Source: Octopus sinensis (lineage: Eukaryota). From it: 64,000 nucleotides of DNA. The translations under genes were made by a program, and so were the position numbers. The stretch lies in the NCBI RefSeq assembly GCF_006345805.1, contig NC_043005.1:74772001-74836000 (forward strand). The letters run 5' to 3'. Within the stretch, counting starts at the first letter, position 1; each line of letters starts with the position of its first letter. A model generated the notes under the pieces. That model made no database searches. It was not told the origin of the DNA and saw only the letters and a list, made by a program, of their open reading frames with translations. Shown here piece after piece: positions 55,545 through 64,000 of this stretch.

Positions 55545-56990
55545 TCGAAGCTTGCGTTGGACGTTTAGGATCTCTTTTTTTTTTTTGTACGAAACCAAAT
55601 AAAAAAATCGTTTTAACATGGAAAATTTATTGGCCACCGTGGTGCAGTTACAACAACAGCAGTTGCTGCAACAGCAACAACAAAACCAACAGTTTGTGGA
55701 ATTAATACTGAAGAAGTCTGAAAATACTTCAGGGTCGTACTCGCCAGACAGCATAGCAAACTTAATTGAAGATTTCAGTTATAATCCATAAGAAGGGATT
55801 ACTTTCTCTGCATATTTTCGAAGATACGAAGAAATTTTCATAGAAGAACGTAAAAATTGTTCTGACGAGAAAAAAGTACGACTACTTTTAAGAACGTTAC
55901 CCCTTGCTAAGAACAAAATATATAGTAACTATATTCTGTCAAAGAAACCAGGTGAGATTTGTTTCGATGCAACAATTAATTTTTTGCCGAAAATTTTCAA
56001 GTTCTTTGTTCAATACTCGCTGGCAATGTTTAAATTTGGTCAAAAAAGTTGTTGAAGATTTCGTCACCTATGCTGAGGTTGTTAACAGAGAGTGTGAAAT
56101 ATTAAAATTTAATGAATTAACTCCAGACATATTCAAATGTTTAATTTTTGTTCAAGGGCTAACTGCAAGCTAAGACGCAGATATACATTCCCGGATATCA
56201 ACAAAATTAGAACCGGATCAAAAATTAACTCTACAGACAGTAGCAGAAGAATGCCGAAGATTATAAATCCAAGACAGAACTCAGATAAAATTGAAGTAAA
56301 AAGATTGCTCTCATATTCATGCGTGTCGACCGGAAACATAAGAAAAGAGAGAAAAAACGTCAAGAGCGAATCCGTGTCATGGGTGCGGTGGTCTACATTT
56401 TAATAGAAACTTTAAGTGTGGTAAGAAGGTCATAAAAAACCACACTGTAAAACAAAACATAAAAATGGTTTAACTGAAAAAATCGCGTAAACAGGTTATC
56501 GATAAGAGATGCGAACGAACCTCAAAGGAAATTTGTGTATGTAAAAATTAACACAAACGTAAAGTTACAATTGGAAACGGGCAGCGACATCTCAATTATT
56601 AACACAAATACATAGAAAAAAATCGGGAGGCCTAAATTAAAAGAAACTTCGAAAATTGCACGTGGTGTTTCAGGAAAAAGATTACATTTTAAGGGCGAAA
56701 TGGTGACGTTACATTTCATGGAAAAACCTTAAAAGCTAAAGTTTTTGCGTCAAATTTATTCGGAACAGACTGGATGGAATTATTTAACTTATGGGACCCA
56801 TAAATCTTTTCTGTAAAAATGTAAATGGTTTTTCCGGCAGTACAAATAAGTCGTCAGACGAATTAAAAAATAAATTAAAAGAGATTTCTCTTGAAGTTCT
56901 ATCTGATGAATTAGGTCCGTGCACCAAAACAAAGGCGAAGTTTTAAGTAAAAGAAAATGCTGGTATCTAAACCAAAAAGAACTATCCATA
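55545..56990 (+). mobile_element. Decayed Ty3/Gypsy gag-protease region
   Basis: MENLLATVVQLQQQQ..., FSAYFRRYEEIF..., LFNTRWQCLNLVKK..EDFVTYAEVVNRECE..KF...DIFKCLIFVQGL, zinc knuckle NPCHGCGGLHF, protease VKLQLETGSDISII; multiple stops and frameshifts. Confidence 0.85.
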
Positions 56991-57040
56991 TATTGCAGAA
57001 AAATTCGTTACCGGTAGCGAATTTTTCTGCAATATATGGA
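56985..57040. repeat. 56-bp loop-less palindrome at the Gypsy truncation point
   Basis: tccatatattgcagaaaaattcgttacc|ggtagcgaatttttctgcaatatatgga, 1 mismatch. Confidence 0.9.
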
Positions 57041-57267
57041 TGGTTTATCCTATTCATGCTATTGTATTAGCATTATCTTGCATTTGAGAATAAATTATTT
57101 TCTGTATCATTCAATACATCTCAACGCTTCTAAAGCAAACTTTGTTTACTTTCAGCGTAAGATGAATATATTTCTGTGTTTTGTATGATTAAGAATAAAA
57201 AGATTTTTATTCATGTCCTTGCCAGAAACATATCGTATTTGCAACTGAATGGAAACTTAAATGCGTT

Positions 57268-57542
57268 TGTAGCGTAGCTAGGTGATATTCTCACTGTTTG
57301 AGAGATATATTAGAAATGATCTCGTGTTAGATAGCAACCATCTTCGGCTATTTGGACCCTGTTGTATCCACTGCTCTGATTGGTTGGCATTGGCGCAGTT
57401 TGTCTCTTGACTTATTTCGCGCCAATGCCAACCAATCAGAGCAGTGGACACAACAGGGTCCAAATAACCGAAGGTGGTTGCTATCTAACACGAGATCATT
57501 TCTAATGTATCTCTAAAACAGTGAGGATGCCACCTAGCTACA
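57268..57542. mobile_element. 275-bp palindromic element with TGT...ACA ends, homologous to the U3 end of the solo LTR
   Basis: ~124-bp arms, 8 mismatches, 22-nt loop (57397-57418); aligns by eye to the reverse complement of 54900-55075. Confidence 0.8.
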
Positions 57543-57953
57543 CGAAACGTTTAAAAAATGCTTTCGAAAACAATAAGATTTAAAAAAATCCCTTAATTTT
57601 CTTTTAAAGTGAATTTGTTATTGGTTATCAAAATTTTAATTTTCATATTTAACATAAACATGTACATCTTTTAGAACATTGTCATTTTATAAGACTTTGC
57701 TGGCACATTTTAAAATTCACATTAACATCTATTATCTAAAGAAAATTTCCGGAGAACTTTCATTGAGTTCTTCCAAATCTTCCTGTTAAAACTGTATTGA
57801 AACCATTTCTGGGAATTTTTTTTTATCACAGCAAATGGTCGCACACCATAGGGTTTAACGGAACCTACTGAAGCATATTAACCTCAAAATCGGTCGGAAC
57901 AAATAAACTACGTCCAGAAAAAAATGTTCGGCATAGTTTCGGTTGTAGTAGCA

Positions 57954-58797
57954 CAGATTTCCGTCGATTTCCGTAAAAAACTTTTATTTTTTTACATAAG
58001 TAATGAGAGCGAAAGAGACTAAGAGGAAGCGATTTTACGACGAGAAGGTTTCACTTTGAAGTCGGCCTGTGTGCGTTTGATGGGGTGTGGGAGACAGACA
58101 GTATGTTGTGTAAGTGAAGTGCTTCTGTTAGTGTGTGCGAAGAGACAGAGAGAGTAATGTGTGAAAGAGAGAGATAACTGATTTTTTTACTCGGTGTATG
58201 TGTATATGTATGTATGCATGTATGTGTGTGTGTGTGTATGTATCTATGTATGTGTGTGTGTGTTTATGTATGTATGTATGTATGTATGGCCGATTCATCG
58301 TAATTTTTTACTCGGTGTATGTGTATATGTATGTCTGCATGTATGTGTGTGTGTGTATGTATGTGTGTATGTGTATGTATGTATGTGTGTATGTATGTAT
58401 GGTCGATTCAGTGTAATTTTTTACTCGGTGTATGTGTATATGTATGTCTGCATGTATGTGTGTGTATGTATCTATGTGTGTGTGTGTGTGTGTAAGTATG
58501 TGTGTGTGTATGTATGTATGTATGTGTGTGTGTGTATGTATCTATGTATGTGTGTGTGTGTATGTATGTATGTATGTACTCGGTGTATGTGTATATGTAT
58601 GTCTGTCTCTTCGCACACACTAACAGAAGCACTTCACTTACACAACATACTGTCTGTCTCCCACACCCCATCAAACAATCACAGGCCGACTTCAAAGTGA
58701 AACCTTCTCGTCGTAAAATCGCTTCCTCTTAGTCTCTTTCGCTCTCATTACTTATGTAAAAAAATAAAAATTTTTTACGGAAATCGACGGAAATCTG
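57954..58797. mobile_element. Foldback element: 195-bp TIRs around an internal tandem minisatellite
   Basis: 57954-58148 vs 58603-58797, 4 mismatches; interior has four degenerate units starting tactcggtgtatgtgtatatgtatg. Confidence 0.9.
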
Positions 58798-59078
58798 ATC
58801 TACGACATACGAAACTTCGCCAAATGTTCTTTAATTATTTTTGTATTTTTTTATTTGCGTATTCGTGTCTTCTTAAATCTCGACTGGAAGAACCAGATGA
58901 ATTTGTATATAAAATTGCTGCCAACACCCGCGCAAAATACACAGCGTTGACGTAGATGTTAATTGAACGTGTATTTACCCTTAAAAATATTACAGTGGCC
59001 ATTCTTGTTTGTATTTGACAGCATTTGTTTTTAGGATATTTTTTACGATTTTTGTGTTTTGTTAACTTATAGGCTGTC

Positions 59079-59113
<35 letters not shown>

Positions 59114-60064
59114 TATGCTGTAGGGGAAAAGAAGTTATGTAGATATTGACATAGCTATAGAAAGGAAGGAGAGAGAGAGAGAGAGAGGTGGAGAGAAAAA
59201 ACATACGACAGCTTTTAGTCTGGTATGTTGAATGAAATAAACATACAATAAAATATGTCGAAAAGACACACACAAAGAATAAAATAAAAACTAGGAAAAT
59301 CACGAATGTTTGTGCAACAAAATATATGTTACAAGTGAAGATAAACTCAGCTGTAGCGAGAAGCTTGTAATAGTAATGATATCAACAAATTGTAAAATTG
59401 TCAGATCAAATAAATGGATGATATACGTTACGGGACGAAGGATTATTTAATGCAGCTGTACAAGGCTTCGCTCATTGATATTAGAATCATTATTATTTTA
59501 TGGTTAGCACAAATAAAATATAACTTCTAGTGAAAGATATAAAAAATATAATGAATGATTCTTCTGTGAATTTCGATAAATCACAGCTGTATATGAGATC
59601 AGATCATATATATGTGGCTATCTTTTTTTCCTAAATAGAAAGTTATCTCATCTTACTTAAACTGTAAGAGGCAATTATTATGAATGATACTTATTTTGAT
59701 ATTTATTGCTTCTCTTTCAAGTGAAAATATCGTTCAGTAAAAAAAGAATAATATATAACTAGACAAACGAGAATGAGAACTGATTCCGTCACAATCATAC
59801 TGATTAACTTGAAGTAATTGAGTAGGCGTGGTCCCAGGAATTTCTTGAAGGGAATACAATTCCAGGAGAAAAGGGCGTAATAACATTATTTAGAAGGAAG
59901 CACTTCTTTTCCTTGAGGGGGGCCACGTGCTCCCCACCCCTTGGGTCCACCCCTGTTGAACCCCCACCAAGGTTTTTTTTTATACTTAGGAATTACTTAT
60001 CAGTTCCTAAACTATTGTATTTTCTGAGAGTTAGTTCCTCTTATTGATTCTTGTCATCCCTCCA

Positions 60065-60830
60065 GAACTTTGACGACCTAATCTTCAGGAAACTCGAATG
60101 CTTGGTCACTGTCAAACTCTCCCTAGAGTCCTGCGACTCTGGGTCTGCGCAAGTGCTCGTCTCTATCGCTTCCCTGTTTACTTTTCCTCTTTCACGCTTG
60201 CTCCTCTTTGGTAACATCCTTTCCTCTCCAACATAGACTATTTCCAACCGACAGATGGATGAAGCTGTATCACAGTGGAAAGAGCTGGGTGTGTGAGTTC
60301 CTGTTACAGTTGAGGATAGACGGAAACAAAGTATGTGACAATCTGCGGTTAGATGCCACTTTCAACACTCTCCTTGATCAATCTGATCAATTTTCGAGGT
60401 GTCGTTCTCCTTTCAAATAGTGCAAAATTCTCGAGGGACTGGATTAATGCCTTGCCTGTGGTCAACATTGGAGGTCTACTCAGTCTTGATGAACTCCGCA
60501 TTTCCATCGCACTCCGAGTGGAAGCTGGCGTCTGTAGGGGACTGATATGCCGCTGTGATAAACCTATCGACCCCACAGGTCTTCACGGTCTGTCTTGCCG
60601 CCTAAATGCTGGTCGCTTCGCTCGTCACACCGGGCTAAACCTTATCATTAAGTGGGCCCTGGCTCGGATTAATATCCCCTCAGTTCTGGAGCCGTCGGGA
60701 TTATCCAGAAAGAGACCAGATGGTTTTACTTTCTGTCCTTGGATAGAGGTAGGTGCCTCATTTGAGATGTCACAGTCTGCAACTCCTTTGCTCCCAACGC
60801 CTTAGCCTTGTCATCGCCCGTGCTTATACT
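60065..60830 (+). mobile_element. CRE-clade non-LTR retrotransposon C-terminal fragment (zinc finger plus RLE)
   Basis: DWINALPV..IGGLL..DELRISIALR...CRCDKPIDPTGLHGLSC...RFARHTGLNLIIK.AL...PSVLEP.GL.RKRPDG.T..PW; frameshifted. Confidence 0.85.
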
Positions 60831-61081
60831 GCAAACGTACTGGCTTGCTTCAGTTGGTTCCGTAGAACCTTGTGGTGTGCGACCAGTTGAAGCGCTTGGT
60901 GCTGCACTGTTGGGTTTCGTTTTTTCCTTTTCTTTAAAAAGACAAATGTGTTCAACAGAAAGGATACACTAATGAGTTGGAGCTTCAGAATAAGTTTTAC
61001 TGGTTATATTTTACTTTTAGGATCATTAAGTAAAGATGTATCTGTGATGAAAACAATTCTCCACAAATGATTTCAATTCAT

Positions 61082-61227
61082 ATAATAAATCTCTGAACGA
61101 GGCGATGTTCTCCTGGGGCTACAAGCTACAGTAACACCCACCCTTAGTGGTTAGCCATATTGAGATGGCAAATATACCTCACATTGTCGTGCAGTTACTG
61201 TTTATACCTCGTTCAGAGATTTATTAT
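61082..61227. mobile_element. 146-bp MITE
   Basis: Perfect 21-bp TIR ATAATAAATCTCTGAACGAGG. Confidence 0.75.
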
Positions 61228-61556
61228 TGCTTGCATACAGTTTTTCGAGATCAGTGACGAAAAGTTACTGGAAAAATGATATAAGTATTTGCATTAGGAC
61301 TCCTTTCATCGAAAACCGGTGTTTTGACTCGTCTAGGGACCCCTCTTTCATCTGCGTATTGAGAAGTTAGCTGCCTATTTTGTTGAGTGAGTTCGTTTTT
61401 TGTTCGTCGTTGTTTGTGTTTGCTCGTGAATTGAACAGTTGTCCGTTGTGTGACAGTAATTTTCGCCCTACGGGGCTGAAAATTCTGTGTATAAACATTG
61501 TTATTACCTTCGGGGTAATTTCTTTTTTTGAAAAATTGGTTCTCATAATTTGAGAA

Positions 61557-62429
61557 ATGGAGTTCGACTTGGCGTCGAGGAGCGACTTTCCCGTGATGGG
61601 AAAAGGCGAACAGAAGGATATCGAGGTTAGAAAACAGTCTTTTTCGGCCGCAATGGGCGGAACCGTAACGGAAGTGGAATTCAAAATAGAACAGTTGTTC
61701 GAATACCGGAACTTGGTCAAAAAGGAAGGCAACGAAATAAAACTGGTACCGCCGCAAGCGATATTACAGGAAATAAAGGCCAAGACAGTCGTGTACAAGG
61801 TTTACAGTAACAAAGAGAAAAAAATAATGGACGTGAAGAACGAAATAGTAGAGAAGTGCTTGTCCCCGGTGTGGAGCAAAATTCGCTACGTCGGTCGAGG
61901 TGCCCGCAGCGCTACCGTTGAAGCACATTTCGACTCGGCTGATGTGGCAAGAGAGATTTCATCGATGACCTTAAAAAGTGAGGACATCATGTTACTACCT
62001 ACCTATATGGGCAAAAGAACTGCGAAACTACATGTGGAAGACATACCAAGAGGATATGATATAATGTGGGTAGCAGCGGCGGTTCTGCACGACGTAGAGC
62101 AGAAAGTCTCAATTCTGCAGATGAAAAGGAAAGAGGAGGTAAACTGGAAGGGACAAGCGCTCGAACTCCTCGTTCAAGCAGAAAATAATGTGCTAGAAAA
62201 CTTACCCGATAGGGTATTTATTGAGGAGGGAATTACAATGAGAGTGTCAGTGGAGGGGCGCAGACCTAGGTGTTTCAAATGTGGTGAAAAGGGTCACGTC
62301 CGCTCGAACTGCATAAAAAAAAAAGTAAAACAGCGAAGCCCCTCCTCAAAGTGCTTCAAACACAGAAAAAGAAAAGGCGGAAAAAGACCCCAAGACTGCG
62401 ACAAGGAAGGGAATCGAAACGGAAGATAA
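61557..62429 (+). CDS. LINE ORF1 (gag-like, CCHC zinc knuckle); C-terminal K/P/T-rich part frameshifted into 62430-62960
   Basis: 290-aa ORF with RPRCFKCGEKGHVRSNC. Confidence 0.8.
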   Translation: MEFDLASRSDFPVMGKGEQKDIEVRKQSFSAAMGGTVTEVEFKIEQLFEYRNLVKKEGNEIKLVPPQAILQEIKAKTVVYKVYSNKEKKIMDVKNEIVEKCLSPVWSKIRYVGRGARSATVEAHFDSADVAREISSMTLKSEDIMLLPTYMGKRTAKLHVEDIPRGYDIMWVAAAVLHDVEQKVSILQMKRKEEVNWKGQALELLVQAENNVLENLPDRVFIEEGITMRVSVEGRRPRCFKCGEKGHVRSNCIKKKVKQRSPSSKCFKHRKRKGGKRPQDCDKEGNRNGR

Positions 62430-63013
62430 AAATGAACAAATGGAATTTACACAGGTGACACACAAACGAAAAAAAGAAAATACCCTGGACTCCCCTCCCC
62501 AAACAAAGAAAAAATCAGCAAACACCGCAGAGATACATACAAAACAAATTCCCCAGCCCTACCCCCACGGCACTGTATTCATTGGAACACAGTTCGCCAA
62601 GCCCCTCCCCGTAAAACAAGATTGGAAAAAAATTGATTAAAAAAAATGAAAAGATTGTAGCATTCGACGAGAGGAACGATAGAGTGTTTAAATATTTTAA
62701 ATTTTCAAAACTGAAATTATTCAGTAAGTCTGCAGACACTAAGTCGACCACTCGTTTTGCAAAAATAAAGGAAGACGAGTGGAAGGAAAAAACACTCCAA
62801 GAACATTTTTAAAATAACCTTATCAGAGACGTAACTAACGAAATACTGGAGGGCAAACTTACTATAACCCCGGCAACCACACCTACCCAGAGCCCGATGG
62901 CAACGCCGGTTAAGAGCCCTGCAGCTACGACCACAACGGAAGGGGAAGCATGCAGATTTAAACTGTCATGCTCCTTGTCCCAACCGTAAATTTTTTTTTC
63001 TCTCTCTCCGACA

Positions 63014-64000
63014 ATGGCAAAGATGGGTTGTGTGAATGTGCGTGGAATGGGGTCGAAATGGAAACAAATTTGTCTCCTGAACGACCTCACGACACACGGA
63101 GTGGACGTAGCTATTGTAACCGAGTCCAAGATAAACGGGGCCCAAGCATTCTCGCCTCTTCTAAATGGTTTCGAGAAATTTATTTCTCCTAGCCGAGGAG
63201 GAGGAAGGGACGTGGCAGTCCTTATCAGGAAGAGCTTAGACTTGCAGGTAAGTACTGTCTTTCTGGACCCAGAAGACAGGCTGGTCGTTCTGGATGTGAC
63301 CCACGTAAGTAAACAGTCCTTCAGGTTGGTAGCTGTCTACGCTCCGAATCTGGAGCACTTTTTAGCGACGTCGAAAACGGTAGTCTTAGTAGGGGACTTT
63401 AACACTGTCCTCGAAGCGCGGGTCGACAGTGTTGGCTCAACCAATAGGAAGGGGAACCCTAGCCTCAAGGGTCTACTAGAGAGCTTTAATCTAGTAGACC
63501 TTTATCGACTGGATGAGCCGAGCGTTCCACAGTGGACGTGGAGTAACAACGACGGCTCACGCAGATCGTATATAGATAGGATATTCGTTAGGAAAAGAGA
63601 TAAGGATACGTTTAGTTGTCCACAGTTTCACATTGTGCCTTACACGGATCACAAATTTGTGACTTGTAGGGTGCAATTAGATAAGTGCCATAGACAGGGA
63701 CCCGGGTACTGTCTATTTTGAATTGTGAAGACTTCCGTACGCAGATTAAGGTGTTAGTACAGAGGGCATTATGTGGCACCATCATTAACAATAGATGGTG
63801 GCACTCCCTCAAAAGAGCCATTCGTTCAGAGTCCATTAGATTTAGCAATCAGCTAAGGTTAGATAGGTCTAGGATAGAGGACGATTTAGTTAAGAATCTA
63901 AACGAGGCAATGGAATCTGGCTCTGCATCCGGAGTGATGGCGGCAAGGACGGTATTGTACCGTCACCTTAACTCCAAACACGAAGGTTGCAGAGTTAGAG
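63014..64000 (+). pseudogene. LINE ORF2, apurinic-like endonuclease domain, frameshifted near 63711
   Basis: NVRG, VTESK, VYAPN, VGDFN, TW, SYIDRIFV, DHKFV, GPGY; after the frameshift SILNCEDFRTQIK...RWWHSLK... is open to 64000. Confidence 0.85.

Larger units (their letters stand above)
61400..64000 (+). mobile_element. Tx1/L1-clade LINE, 5' part (runs past window end), recently inactivated
   Basis: Gag-like ORF1 with CCHC and APE-type ORF2 with GPGY(WKLN)-like boundary; CpG-rich; few lesions; the 5' boundary is approximate. Confidence 0.88.

Noticed and set aside
55618-55700. MENLLATVVQLQQQQ... as the start of a host poly-glutamine gene
   Set aside because: Continues into decayed Gypsy gag, zinc knuckle and protease motifs, and is duplicated at 52939.
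59825-59955. GC-rich ~130-bp segment with weak inverted ends (aggcgtggtccc / gggtccacccctg)
   Set aside because: TIRs are too degenerate and no TSD is visible; probably an old MITE but not supportable.
61251-61798. Two antisense ORFs (168 and 143 aa)
   Set aside because: Opposite-strand shadows of the LINE 5' UTR and ORF1, with no motifs.

Overview
Eukaryotic, AT-rich, microsatellite- and SINE-dense genomic DNA. The repeat families resemble those of coleoid cephalopods, most likely Octopus (inference from recall; no search was run). The only host gene found is the 3' part of MSH4 (meiotic MutS homolog 4) on the + strand. It has 11 GT-AG coding exons from 1939 to the stop at 49472, all splice phases close, and they give about 349 aa including Walker A (GPNM|SGKST), Walker B (IIIDELGRG) and the MSH4-type C-terminus. 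The 5' exons lie upstream of the window. Introns and the downstream ~14 kb are a transposon graveyard: four tRNA-headed or tailed SINE families; mariner, Tc1-like, Tc2-like, hAT and piggyBac-like remnants and MITEs; a Helentron-type element; a Penelope-like element; R4/Dong-like, RTE, CR1, CRE and Tx1 non-LTR retrotransposons; two solo LTRs with 4-bp TSDs; and a decayed Gypsy gag-pro. Main oddities: three minimal hammerhead-ribozyme motifs with a non-canonical CUGU(U/A)GA core; a 275-bp palindrome built from two copies of an LTR end; a 254-bp near-perfect hairpin just after the MSH4 stop codon; and locally templated inverted insertions plus a 2.4-kb duplication next to (TA)n tracts in one MSH4 intron. 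No rRNA, real tRNA gene or CRISPR array was seen.
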